A DNA stretch of 64,000 bases from Anthoceros angustus (lineage: Eukaryota; Plantae; Anthocerotophyta). This document shows positions 12,500 to 25,329 of this stretch, piece after piece. The notes beneath the pieces were generated by a model. That model saw only the letters and a list, made by a program, of their open reading frames with translations, did not search any database and was not told the origin of the DNA. The position numbers and the translations under genes are program-made. The DNA lies in contig VJWM01000234.1 of assembly GCA_010909165.1 (NCBI GenBank), positions 186,001 to 250,000 on the forward strand, in the 5' to 3' direction. Position 1 is the first letter of the stretch; each line of letters opens with the position of its first letter.

Positions 12500-13620
12500 A
12501 TGGTGAGGTGAGAAACCATGAGACGCGCTAAAATGGAACTTATCGCCTCTTGGAACGGACTTTGTTACAACGACACCCAGACTGCCTTACCGTCAGCTGA
12601 AAGCCGCCACGCTTTTGGTGGCAACTCAACCCCCGAGACTTGGTGGATTTCAGGCAATGGGCGGAAGAGGAGAACATCCAATTGGGGTGGGTGTATGGCC
12701 GCCAATGGGCCTACACTAATTTGGAGCTGATTGAGGAGTGTTACATCAACCTCTATCCAGGTGTATGGGAGGCCGGAGGAGGAGAGCTCAAGAATCGCTC
12801 TCCTCGAGAGGATGAACGGGGGGAAGAGAATTTCCATTTCGGAAATTCCACATGAGGTCTTAGACATGATGGATGGGGGAGTAAAAGCCCACGCCAAGAA
12901 CGGTTGGAAGACGGACAGCATCAAGGAGTTGAAGTGGAGGCTCTTTGCCAAGATTGTGTTGGGATTGGTAAACTACCAACGCACTTCTTATTTCACCACC
13001 AACTTCCTTCAATTCTTGTGGAAGATTTCATGGCGAGCGCTGCTTCTATTGGGGATCATGTATGAGGCCTACATCCGCCACAGGGAGAAGCTTCTCAGGC
13101 CAAACACCGTGGATGAGGAGGGAGCAAGGCCATGCTACCTCAACATCTACTTGGTGCATTTGTTGGAGATGAGGGCTCTCGACTAAGGAGCTGAGGATGC
13201 CTGCATCTGAGATCATCCACCTCCAGCCAAGCCTTGAGAGACCTTTGCCCTTTGCTCTAAGGAAGACAATAGGAGGGCAAACTTCCACAAGCGCGCCAGA
13301 GCCAAGGATTGAGGAGGTGGAGGCAGCACCAGTGAGATTGCCGGAGTGGGAGGCTTTTCCCCCACAAGAAGAACGAGGAGGAGGAAGCCAAGATCAGGCC
13401 ATAGAGGGCCAAGTGGTGGTCTATGAGGGGACACCTACCACGGTGGGGGAGCAGCCTACCGCAGTAGGGAAGGCAGCCCCAGGGGTGGGAGGAATCCCCA
13501 CCATCTCAGCGGGTGCAGTGAGGCATCACAGCCTCACCCAAGAGGGGAGTACCTCACCCCAGAGGTGAGGCACACTACGGTAGTGCGATCATCGCTGGAC
13601 CCAACCTACCGCGTAGGTAG
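12500..13620 (+). pseudogene. Athila-like env-like extra ORF, second copy
   Basis: IPHEVLDMM..KNGWKTDSIKELKWRLFAKIVLGL aligns with 2526-3092; DNA aligns with 17540-18620 and 57320-57800. Confidence 0.7.
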
Positions 13621-13713
13621 GCACCCGCTGCCGCAGGATACTAACTTCTACCTGTTTAATGTTTGATTAGCATTAATTAATCTAATTACTTATCTTTAAG
13701 TAAGTAATTAGTG

Positions 13714-14615
13714 TTAATTAATCTAAAGTGCTTATGTTAATTAAGCATTGATTAGTGTTAATTAATCTAATGTGCTTATGTTAATTAAGCATTGATTAGT
13801 GTTAATTAAACATGGTTAGCAATAGCTAAGTGGATAAGCTCAAGTATGCTTTGGCATATTCCTTGCATATTATAGTGTATTCTTAGGATACAATAGCTAA
13901 GTGGATAAGCTCAAGTAATATGCTTTGGCATATTCCTTGCATATTATAGTGTATTCTTAGGATATTTCGCATATGCCGATGCCAATAGATATCTTGAATA
14001 TGCGCCGTGGTCTAGTATATAGACCCTTCCATTGAGGACAAGTGATCATAGCTTGTCCTCAGATATGCAATGCAAGAGCGCGAGGAGGCCAAAGCGACCG
14101 AGAGCGATGTGAGGAATTTGCGTGTTGTTCTCGTGGGAGAGCCACACGACGCGAGCTACCTCCTGTTGTTACAAGCATTGCACGCTAGGTGGCGATGCTA
14201 GCGATGCCAGGCTTGTGGCGATGCTAGCGATGCATGCTAGGCGATGCCAGGCGATGCCAGCTTAGGCGACGCTAGGCGATAGTGACGCCAGCGACTAGGC
14301 GCCAGGCGATGCTAGGCGATGCCAGCGATGCCAGGCTAGGCGAGGCTACGCGAGGCGACGCCAGCCTTGCAAGGCAAGGGACTCCAAGTGCCCAAGGCTT
14401 GAAGGCCAGAGAGGGGACCCAAGCCCAAGGCCAAGGAGAGGAGGCGAAGAAGCCCAAGTCCAAGGCCAAGGAGAGGAGGCAAGAAGCCCAAGTCCAAGGC
14501 CAGGAGAGGAGGCGAAGCCCAAGGCCAAGGAGAGGAGGCGGCCCAAGTCCAAGGCCAAGGAGAGGAGGCGAAGAAGCCCAAGTCCAAGGCCAAGAGGAGG
14601 AGGAAGCCCTACCAA
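13714..14615 (+). repeat. LTR-like repeat B, copy 1, with internal tandem repeats
   Basis: Aligns with 47771-48705. Contains ~41 bp AT-rich tandem units, a ~65 bp duplication, TATATAG at ~14015, ggcgatgcta repeats and gaagcccaagtccaaggccaaggagaggaggc repeats. Confidence 0.75.
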
Positions 14616-15249
14616 GGAGAGGAATGAGGCTCCATAAGGGGGCTGGCCTTTAAGGCCAACAACCAAGGGAGAAACAAGAGTATTTTACTCTTGGGCGCCG
14701 GATTTCATGGGATAAGTGGATAGGCATGGGTATGTCATCAGCCCATTTGACTTCAGTTTCCAAAACCCTTTCGTTGATTGGCACCCCATCCAGGTACTGA
14801 TCCGACCAACGGGTGCTTATCTGCAGAGTTCTTACGTCTTTGCTATCCAACTCACCCATCTGAGGTTGTTATTTGGCCAATAGACTGAAGAGTATTTGTA
14901 TGCAATTTAGACATGCATAGATACTTAGAGGTTTCACTAATCACGATCTGATCAAGCGGGGTTTGTTAACCTTGATTAAGAGGTTTGACCTAGCCACTAA
15001 CCGCCTGGAGTGCATGCCCGACACACTCGATCCGGACGGAGCTACCAACCAGCAAGTCCATGAGCGAATTCAAGTCCCGACCAAGAGAGAGAAGTGCGAA
15101 CACTCGATTTTGGTACCAATAAGGACGCGGAGGAACCCAAATGACAATCAACAATCTTTGAAGGATCCGTGAGTGGCAACACACAAGACACGTTAGTGCT
15201 GCCGACAACTCAGGAAGCGAGAGGAGGACTTGTCTCTTGAGTCGCCAAG

Positions 15250-17230
15250 ATGGGAGGAGACAAGGATCGAATGGAGTTGTTCACAGGACGAGCGGGCACC
15301 TTGCCACTGGAGGACTTCATCGAGAAGTACGGTGCGGTGTGCGGAGATGGAATTGAAGACCGGATACACGATATACGGCTTCATCCAAATGCCAAGTACT
15401 TGGGGATGAAGCATTGGCGTGCTATCGCGAGCACAAGGCGAGGTTGTTGAGCGCACATCCGGAGGACCAGAGTAGCGCTCAAGCTGAGGAACCAGCACGG
15501 AAAGGTGGCACCGAGTGGGCACGATCCCATCAAGAGATGTTGACATCTTCCTACCGGAGTTTCGCAAGCACGGATGAGAAGATCTCCGAGATACACTTCA
15601 AGATGAAGTCAGCGAGACTGCAAGATGGCTTATCAAGAATCGACCAGCTTGGTACGTGACACCAAGATCATGAGTGACCGACTCGCAGAGAAGTACTTGC
15701 TGCATTGCCATATGCACATGAAGAAGGTGCAACAAGCGGTGCACAAGGGGCAACACTACACCCTCAAGGAAGTGTACGAGATGGTCGACAAGATAGGGCC
15801 CGACACTTTCTCTCGTGCTGTTGCAAGTGATTACCCAAAGACAAGTAGGAGTGGTGGACATGACCGACGCGGAGGTCGAGTGGAGGAGCTCGGCGAGACA
15901 AGCCACCCACACAGCCCAAGTGACGAGCCTCGTGAGGTGCCGAGGACGGACCATTCCCCTCATGAGTGCGAGCATGCATTCGGAGGAGTCAAGGGTGAGG
16001 AGCCATGCCCTAGGTGTGGGAGGGGCACAATGAAGCGGCATGTTGGGAGAAGCATCCGAATTGCGGCCTACGGGTTATCGAGCAGCAACCCCGCCAATGC
16101 AGGCCAACCTCATCCACAAAATCACGAAGAGCAAAGGCGCGTGGAGGAGGCACTGCAAGTCCCGTGGACAAAAGAAACGGGAAGCATCAAAGAAGACGAT
16201 GGACAGCTACGTGGCACGCCGCAAAGCTGGAGAAGGTGGAAGGCGAAGATCAAGGAGAGCAGCTCATCATCGAGGACGAAGAAGATGAGCACAAGCTTGA
16301 TACATGGCGACTGACCAGATCCAAGGGCAGGAAGAAACCTCCGGCACTACGAGAGAAGATAGCTTGAGGAAGAAGAGGATGTCTTGACACCGCAAAGGCG
16401 GAAGACAGAAGGAAGCTTCGGATCCTCTTCCCGAACCTATGCCAAGATGCCAAAGTCGCTTGAGCCATTGCCAAGGAGCAACTGGGGAGCAACATCAAAG
16501 TCCAGTGGGCGATGGAGAAACCCATGCAGATTGCCGACGAGACGATGGCACAAAAGCTCGGAGATGCCATGTTTCAAGACATGGGGTTGAGCGTGAAGGA
16601 AGTCAGGGTTTGACTGGATGTTGACAACCCTTGAAGACGAAGCAAGTGTCCAAGATTTGCCACAACAGTGGCAATGATGTCATTGCCGACTCAAGCCAAG
16701 CATCTCGTGGAGAAGCGGAATGTCGCAGTGGGAGTGGCTTTGGTCAACAATCGGGAGAGGCACATTGAAATCAATGGATTCGCACCAAGGAGGGTGTTGA
16801 TTGACACCGAGCACACCGGTGATCGTTGGAAGAAGAGTGAAGGAAGCGTTGGGTCTCCACCAAGAAAGGTTGAAGGAAACCAAGTGGAAGATCCGCACTG
16901 GGACCACGAGCATGTGTTGGGGTGACAAGGTACAAGCTGAAGGTTTCATTCAAACCAAGAACAGCAGACTTCACCTTTGTCGAGGTACACCGCTTGGTCA
17001 CCGATGCACATTTGATGTCTTGGAGCGGACGCTTTGTACAAACCTCGAGTCATGGTGGATTTGTGGACGAGATGCCTACCATCGATCAGCCGGAGAAGTC
17101 CGGAGCAAAACCGATGAACGGATTGCCCGTGATCCCTCTCAATGCATGGCAAGGATCATGAGAACCCTCATTGCCATGCTCACCCAAAGGTTTGGCGCCA
17201 TAGAAGGACACGCCATACGTGCTTGAACCT
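15250..17230 (+). pseudogene. gag: Ty3/gypsy gag and aspartic protease remnant with no RT/RH/IN following
   Basis: LPLEDFIEKY..., LKEVYEMVDKI, a CPRCG knuckle-like segment (~16000), and RRVLIDT (protease active-site D-T) at ~16790. Confidence 0.65.
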
Positions 17231-17399
17231 CTGTGTGTCTAACAACGGATGGATGGAGGATTTCACGAGGAGGAGGAAGATGTTGAAGTGGGAGTAAGCA
17301 TAATCTAATTCCACTGTGTGGACTGTTTCACTGTGAGAGTCTCAAGGTGAGACACAAAAGGGCGAGAGAGAGCTTGCAATTGGGGAGTAACCTTGACAT

Positions 17400-20300
17400 T
17401 TTGGCCGCTTTTGGGAAGTGAGAGAAGGCGCCATGACTGCAGCAGTAAAGGTGGCAAAGGCAAGGCAGCTCACCCGGCCAAGGGCCTATCTCGGGAGGAG
17501 GAAGAGGCAAAAGCCGCCAGCCTAAGCTGGGGTTGCGCAACATGGGCCAGGAGGAGGCGATTTTGAGATGCCACAATTCATGTTTTGCAGGCAACCCAAC
17601 CCCGAGGAAGACTTGGTGGATTTCAAAGGCCACAAGAGGAGAACACATCCACTGGGGTGGGTGTATACGCCAATGGCCTACCAATTTGGAGCCGATTGAG
17701 GAGTGTTCATCAACCTCCATCAAATCGAGGCAGGCCGGGCCGGAAGCGGAATGCTCTGACCGATCTCGCACAGATGCCCCATTTGCCACCAGAGTGGAGG
17801 TGGAGGAGAGCTCAGAATCGCCTCCTCGAAGAGGACGGGGGAAGAGAATTTCCATTTTAAATTTTGAGGTCTTAGACATGATGGATTTGAGAAAAGCCCA
17901 CGCCAAGAATGGTTGGAAGATCGGATAGCATCAAAGAGTTGAAGTGGAGGTTCTTGCCAAGATTGTGCAGAACCACCAACGCACTCTTATTTCAAAGACC
18001 AACCCTTTCAATTCTTGTGGAAGATTTCACAGGAGCCAAGTTTCTGGATTGGGGACCATCATGTATGAGGCCCACATCCACCACAGGAGAAGCCTGCCAA
18101 CACCGTGGATAAGGGAGGAGCAAGGCACATGACTCAAGACCTACTTTGGTGCACTTGTGGGAGACTAGAGGCTCTAACCAGCATGAGCCTCGAGGATGCT
18201 TGCATCCTTTTGAAATTATCCACCTTAGGGCCAAACTTGAGAGGCCTTGCCCTTGCCTCTAAGGAAGACCATAGGAGGGCAACTCCCAAGCATGCCAGGC
18301 CATGATTGAGGAGGTGGAGGCGCATCGCGAGATTGCCGAGTGGGAGGATTTTCCCCACAAGAAGAACAAGGAGGAAAGCAAAAGATCGTGCCACAGAGGG
18401 CCAAGTGGTGGTGTATGAGGGACACCCACCACTTGGGGGAGCAGCCTCACTGAGGGGGAGGTAGTCCCAAGGGTGGGAGGAATCCCACCATCTCATGGGT
18501 ACCAAGGGAGGCACTCACCCCTACCCCAGAGGGAGGCGACTCACCGTGGTAGGGAGGCACACCCTAGGGACCCAGAGACTCAACACGCAGAGGTAGGCAC
18601 CCCACGGTAGGCGTTGCCCCACCATGAGGGAAGAGGAAGGGGTCAGCGAGGCGCCGCGGCCGCGCCTAGGCCGCCATCACCCGTGGCTGCGGAAGGGCAA
18701 ATGGGGCGACGGCGAGCTCACCCCGCCCGCCGACTGTAGAGGAATGCAAGGGGCTGGAAATTTCCAAGAAGAAGCGACCTGGAATTAAATTTAGAGATTT
18801 GGCTGAAAGTGCCCGTGAGGTACTCAGCCCTGTGGATTTGAAGGGAGCGAGGGAGATAACCTATTGGCGGGCGCCGAGGAGAGATCCAGCTAACAAGGCC
18901 CTAGGAGATGATGGAGCGACGAGCCTGACCAAATGGCAATGGAGGCCATGGAGTCCGACGAGAAGGCAGCCAAGTTGGAGAAGGCTGTGGAGAAGCTTCA
19001 GCAGACCTTGTGGACCAGAGGCGAGCGGAGAAGGTCCTGGAGGGAAGATTGTCCCAGACAGAGGAAAGAGCCATCCGGGCAACGACCCAACGGGACACAT
19101 GGAGGCAAAAGATGGAGGAGCATTTTGCCCAACTAGAGTAGGAGCGAAGAAACAAAACTAAAGCTCTAGGGAGAGAGAAGCGGGCCCAAAGCAGGTAGTG
19201 GAGGCAGTTAGGAGGTGTGATGGCCACCCAAGCCATCAAAACCGGGACATGGAAGGAGGAATCAAAGAACCCACTAATTTGAGGAAAAACGCGGGAGTTA
19301 AACGCGATCCAAGTGCAAGAGTCGAGCGCGAGAGTTGCTTAAGGTGAGGAGAGGGAGAGACTTGCACAAGCAATGCTGGAACGAGGAGGAGGTCCAGAGG
19401 AAGGAGCACCACAGAAAGGTGGTGCATAGGATGCTGGTAGTGAGAAAGAGATGATTTTGGGCGGATTATGCCCTTCAAGCGAAAGTGGCTAGCCAGCTGA
19501 GGGAAGCAAGGGAGGAGAATGTGACCCTCCATATTAAGGTGGGCGAGTTGACCACCGCAAGAGACGCCTACAAGGGTAGGTGTGAAGATGGAGAATGGCC
19601 CACGGAGCTCGATGACCTCCAAGTGCAGTATCATAGCTTGGGGGCCCATCTCCACAACAGAATATTGAAGGCCAACAACGAGGTGTTGCGCTTGGCCAAG
19701 AGGAGGACTTTGGGTCCTCATGATGATGACCGGGAGATGTCAAGTGCAGCAACCGAGGCCTCGATTTTGATGAGGCCACGAGTGACATGGACTGAGGAGT
19801 CCGGGAACAGGGAGGTGGAGAGACCTGGCCGAGGGAAGGAGATGGCGCCAGAGCAAGGTGGTGGGCACCCACCATGGGGGTCACCCCTACCACAGTAGCC
19901 AACCCACCTGTAGTAGCCACCCCCACTGCCGTAGTCTCACGCCCACTGGTGGACTCCACTGTAGGTTCCCGGGGGCCGCCTGAGGCCCGTTGAGGATGGA
20001 AGAGCCGGGGGTCCCGCGACACACCCCGGAGGAGGAGACAAGGCGGTGGAGGAGCAGCCCACGAGGAGATCAAGGATGGGGTCCAACCCGCCTGAGACAG
20101 AAGGTGAGAAATTCTCACCCCACCTGGATGAGGGAGGAACCGGCCTGAGAGGAGTCCAAGACGAAAACGTCTGAGGAATCGGAAGGCCATCATGGTTCCA
20201 CAACAAATGGGGATGAAGGATCTTGAAGATGCTCCATGATAGGTATGGACAACCAAAAAGAGCCAATGAAGGATCTTGACCAAGGAGTCTTCACCAAGAG

Positions 20301-20600
20301 AAAGAGGAAGGAGAGAACAAGGAAAGGGACCCAATGGTAGAGGTCACCACCTTAGTCGCTTACCACGGTAGGGTGACCTTTGGAAGGAGCGTGGCCAGGC
20401 GGCGGAGGCTGGAAGATGGGCCGCCTGAGCGCGCGGAAGGGGCGCTTGCCTGGAGGGCAAAAAGAATCGGGGCGCCGCCCCGCGGAGCGGGAAGAAAGGG
20501 GTAGAATGGTACTTGCTCCACAAGCTAGGAAGAGGACAGGAACTGGGAGGGGACAAGAGCAAAAAGAGGGCAAGGGAGCCAGTCCACAGGAGACGCGTCG
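17400..20600 (+). pseudogene. Athila-like env-like ORF plus coiled-coil region and 3' UTR, third copy
   Basis: SIKELKWRF at ~17930; colinear DNA similarity with 12540-13620 and 57320-59710. Confidence 0.7.
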
Positions 20601-20670
20601 CCACCCCAGCAAGATGAGGACTGAGAATGGTCAAGGATCATAAATGAGCCTTGGGAATGGGAAGGATAGG

Positions 20671-21668
20671 TGATGTAGACTGACATTCTTTAAGAGTGAT
20701 CTTAGGTGAAGTTGCTAGAATAGAATTTACCTAGGATCAGACGGTAGACTTAGATGCCAGGCCTTAAATACTGGCGGTGGGGAATAATAAAATATTGGGA
20801 AAGGTGGCCTGCAGCAGGGTCACCCAAGGAAGGTTGTATGTGGAAGGCCTCCTATAAGAGGAGGAGGATTTCACAAAGTAAAGTATCACGCCTCATGCCC
20901 ATACGAGTCCTTGCCCTTGTAAAGGAATTTCGTCGGCCGTGAGCCAACGCAGTCCGGTAGAGAGGAAGTCGGTGGTCTGAGTGCTTGGTGGAGGGCTTGC
21001 TCCCGCAAGCGCCCAACGAGTTCTTGTGAATGGTTGTCGTGAAATTGCTTTGGGTGTGTGACAATGCCTGTGGAACTCTCGCCGTTGAGGGTAGACTATA
21101 GGGAAAGACCTTGGAGGTTCTCGCCGTCTGTGTCAAACTCATAGCAACCGCCCAAGGAAGAACTTGTCGGCGTGTAGGCTGACGTGGCCAGCCGTGCGCG
21201 AGGCCAAGAAGCCCGAACCGAGGTTAGAATAGGAGGAGGATGAGGATGAGTAGAGAGGATTAGAGTAGGATAGTGGAAGGCCACAGCAGAGCCCAAGGGA
21301 CAAATCCCAAATCTACAAGTAAGAGGGCGCCCTCGAGTGGAGAAGATTGGTCTTGGAATAGGGCGAAATTGCATGGGTCGGGGTCCGGCGCCCGTGATAG
21401 ACTTCTTGTTGCTAAGGCAGGACTGCAATCGTCGTTGGTCGCTGTAGGTCGAGGATTGGGAATTTTTCTAGCAACAAGTGGTGCACCGCCGTAAGAGAGT
21501 AGAGGGCGCCTGATTGTTTAGAAGGTCGAGGTATTGTGTCATCGCGGCAGCGATTGTTTCCCAAACCCGATCGTCACACAAGTCTCATGGGACTAAACCC
21601 AACGTATTTAAGCGATAGTGGATAAGTGTGTGTCATGTGGGGAAGCCTGAAGCCGGTTTTCTCCCACA
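20671..21668 (+). repeat. LTR A (~1 kb), 3' LTR of the Athila-like element
   Basis: Preceded by PPT gggaatgggaaggatagg, starts TGATGTAGA, ends ..CCCACA; aligns with 59750-60711 and 62926-63733. Confidence 0.8.
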
Positions 21669-22044
21669 AAAAGGTAGTCCCAGACAGTTTTACAATCGGT
21701 CCCATAGGGCTTTTCAAGAATCAGAGAAACGCTAAAGAAACCTAACCCTAACAAAACTATATCCTTGATTTCTTTGCAACTTTCATAATTTAACCTGCTC
21801 TAAGCGATTGTTCCTTCTAGTTTTCTTTGCATGATATTTGTAGGGTTCTACACCTTTCTTGCATATGTCCACTTGACAAAGAAAGTTATTACTTTGTACC
21901 TTCTTTCATGCCTTCCAAATTTTCTAAGCAATCGAACATCACTCGTGAACGACCCTAGAAGTCATGAATGACAAGAGAGATGAGATAGACTTACCATCTA
22001 CCATATGATACTAGAAGCACACAATAAAGGTTATAAAGGACTGA

Positions 22045-22113
22045 ACTTCGGAGTAGGCCAGGGTGACTCCGGAGTAGGCCGGGGTGACTTCGGACTAAGC
22101 TCCGGAGTAGGCC
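22045..22113. repeat. 21 bp tandem repeat (act(t/c)cggagtaggcc(a/g)gggtg), 2 full plus partial copies
   Basis: Units read directly at 22045, 22066 and 22087. Confidence 0.85.
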
Positions 22114-22279
22114 GCGATAAGTCCACCGGAAAAAATAACTTTGGGAAAGGGATGGAGCGCAATTGGCAAGGGAGCCACGTGGATGGTGCTCAGAGGAGAA
22201 CGGGGTACGCAACAACCAGACAAAGTAGTGGTTGTTGGCCGCTATGGGCGTAATCATGACTCAAGTACATACGCCAGAC

Positions 22280-24030
22280 GATGGCGCGTAGGCTAGAGTA
22301 TGGCGCAATGCGCACTCGGGCAGCGAAAGGGACGCCCTCCCGCTGCTTCCGCCATTCGACGCTCGATCACCGAGAGAAGGCCATTCTCTTGACCAACTTC
22401 TCGACAGTTTTTGTGGTCACTTGCGCTCAGGCATCCTACTCTTTGGCGCTATATCTTCCGGGATGCCTGTTAACCGAGCGCCATCGCTGCGAACGATGCA
22501 GAGCATTGTTGTCCCCTCACGGCAGCACACCGCCAACGCTGCAAGGCGGGGCCCAAGAAGGCGGCGGAGGTTCGCTATGGCGGCTTAGTGGAGAAAATAT
22601 CGCTACCAAGCGCCACCATTTCGGACTGGCCGGTGGAAGCAGTAGGAGTCAGGAAGATCGGCACCTAGATATCTTCCGTGCGGTGGACCTTCTCGACAAG
22701 CTGTAACGCTCTGCCCAGGAGTATGCCCGAAGATGCGGGCGGCGCTAACAAAACCGTCTGCCCAAGAGCTTGAGGGAGGACCCAAGGAGATGGACTGGAG
22801 GTCCCGCGAAAGCAAATACAATAGGCCGGTGGAAGAGAACAAAGCATAGTTCCCGAGCCCTTAAGGTGAAAGGGAAGGTGGAGGCGGCGGCGCTTTTGAG
22901 GCCGAACGCTACTATTCCTCAAACGGATGTTGGCGTCGACTGGACCGACGGGTGAGAGCGGTGGCAAAAGTCATCATGCACTGGAACATGCTCACCAAGG
23001 TGGACCACCTTGGTGACAATTTGCTTGTGTTCCTCCACGCTCTGCAGGGAGGAAAGAGCGGACTAGGGAAGGATCATCTTCGCCCGGATTAACCAGGAGG
23101 CCAAGGAAGCTGCGCAACGAGAAGCCGTCCCCCTCGGCGCTGTCTCCATTTATTTTCTACGTCTTGGGACACCTCAACCTCCTGAAGGAAGGAGAGGAAG
23201 AGCGAGCACTCCGGAAAGGGTTGGTGACCCTCCCTGAGGCGGAGCGAGAGGCAAGGGCCCAGGAGCTTAAGGACGCCCCACCCAAGCCCAAAGCGACCTG
23301 TGAAGACGCAAGATTGGAAGGCATCTCGACCCATACACGGTCGAGCGGACCCCCGCCGCCTGTGGAAGTATGGGAAGAAATTCCCGCTGCCCTCCTTTTG
23401 GTCCCTCCACCAGAACATCCCGCACCAGAGGCAACCACGACGGGGAGGGAGCTAGTGGTAGCTGCGCTTTACGGCTCAAAGAACCCACGCCGGCCCCAGC
23501 CACCGAGCCTCACGGACTGTGACGGAGGCAAAAGAAGAGGAAAGCGGTCCCCACCACCACTGCCCCAAGGTTCCGCCTCCGGTGTTTCGCCAAACGAAGT
23601 GCGGGGTGGAGGTCAAGAAGTGTGGAGAAGGGCCAAGCGATGCGGCCTGTGGTGCGGAGGACACTGCAGCAACCCACCTCGAACCCGTCTCTATCAATAC
23701 AAGGCGGGAGAAGCTACCTCCTGACTTTTCACCGCCTTCGGACCCTAAGCGTAGGTGAGCGGAGAAGGAGCTAGTGGCCAAGAGGGCCAAGGAGGTAGAA
23801 GCTCCGGTCCAGAATAGTCAGGACCTAAGGGTCTTGATTGGGTCCGGAGCTCCTAGTCCCGGACCCTCCCGGATCGCGGCCCCGCGGTCCCCACTGCATC
23901 GGAGATGCCCACACCACCGACTTCTCGTATCTCCCAAAGCCAGGGCCGTGGAAGAAACACGGCGGGTTCTCGCAGCTATCATGGACGATATGCTCTGGGG
24001 GCTCTACGGGACAGCAGACAAGACCTAGGA
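22280..24030 (+). pseudogene. Degraded unidentified coding-like region, probably TE-derived
   Basis: Overlapping ORF fragments (22281-22706, 22770-22955, 23164-23724, 23774-24028) with Pro/Glu-rich stretches; no diagnostic motif. Confidence 0.3.
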
Positions 24031-24835
24031 GGTGGAGGCCACCCGAAGGCGAATGGTGGTATTTTTTAGCCCTGAACTTCTTCCAATCCAGCGACTTGAT
24101 ATCATTGAACTCTGCCGGATCAATCATGCAAAGCAGAGGCAACACTCCTTCCTCGACTCTTCCTTTGGCAATTACCCTGGCTAGGTAGTTTGCCCAAGCC
24201 TCGTCCACTCTTCGGATTTGGGCATTTGGAGTCAGGAAGGAAGCAGGTCTCAAGTATTCCAGCTCAACCTGAACGGTTTCCGGAACCACTTTCTTCCCAT
24301 ATGCGGCTTCCCTAGCAGTCTTCAAATAATCCTTATCCAACACTGACGCCTCCAACCTTTCCTCATCAGTCGACACATGAACTGTAGGAATATCGTGGAT
24401 GTCAGATGGCTTCCCCATCCCCCTGCCTTTCTTCTTCCCCATGGTATGCTCTGGTTCCTCTCCTCCTGCTATGCTGACATCTTCGGTAGGTGATTTCCGC
24501 TTCCGGGTAACATCCGAGGATACACGGACAGCACCAGTACCAACCTCTGGCGGGGCGCCGGCATGCCGCCCATCTTGGCTGTCAGCACCCGCTTTCCCTT
24601 TCGACGCCAGTGCATGCCCACTTTGCCCCTTCCTCCTGCCGGAGTGCATCTTGTTCCACTCCCGCCCATGCAGGCAGCTTGGCTCCCAGTTCAGCACCGC
24701 GTCCCCATATGTTGCTGGGTGTCGTCTTCCCATTGAAGGTACATCGGGCGCGGCATGCGGCGCCTTCTTCGACTTGGTCCAGCCGGGCATAAAACCATGA
24801 TACACAGGGGTACCATTCACGCATGGCATGGGTCG
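24030..24835 (-). pseudogene. Hypothetical protein fragment with a possible ParB/sulfiredoxin-like domain, cut at its 5' side by Copia-1
   Basis: Open frame (part of 23825-24880): Lys-rich linker, then QIRRVDEAWANYLARVI...LPLLCMID...KKY..SGGLH, which resembles the ParB-N R...V..L / [DG]GxH pattern. Confidence 0.45.
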
Positions 24836-25095
24836 TGAAGAAGTATAGTGTGTTGAGCATTTACGTGAATTAGGTTGCAATAATCAACATATGTAATCAT
24901 AAGGGTAGCTGAAAATAAATGTTAGTAAGTACCTGTTCATTAGGGTTGCGCCTCATGGTGAACCGTTATGTCGTTTTAAGTTCTAGTTTAAGTAATGTCT
25001 TTTCATAATAAGCATTTAAGCTTTTTCTTGATATACAATGATATATGTAATTACTAAATGAGTAATTGATCTACACTTATTCCTCTAATTTGTTA
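24836..25095 (+). repeat. Copia-1 5' LTR (260 bp, TGAAG...TGTTA)
   Basis: Matches 38203-38212 + 44772-45014; immediately followed by the PBS. Confidence 0.95.
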
Positions 25096-25107
25096 TGGTA
25101 TCAGAGC
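25096..25107 (+). promoter_or_regulatory. Primer binding site, tRNA-iMet (TGGTATCAGAGC)
   Basis: Exact canonical plant iMet PBS abutting the LTR. Confidence 0.95.
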
Positions 25108-25329
25108 AATGTTTGTGTAGGTTGCATCCTAGGGGATGCACATGCAATTGTGCACTGAAACATGTGCATAATGAATACACTTTGTTGTTTGCTTGTTTGT
25201 TTTTAAAAATGAAATCAAGAACACAAAGTAAAGATCAAGAAAATGTTTTTGTGCTGTTTTTCTGTTCTAAGAATTTATAGAGTCTAGCTAATCAAGGTAG
25301 GAATCCTTAGGTACCGCCGCATTGCTTCC

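Noticed and set aside
14272-14666. ORFs in repeat B (Lys/Gln/Arg-rich or Leu/Gly-rich)
   Set aside because: They are translations of tandem repeat units and are not conserved in the second copy.
21742-21752. ctaaccctaac as a telomeric repeat
   Set aside because: Fewer than two units, isolated in AT-rich DNA.
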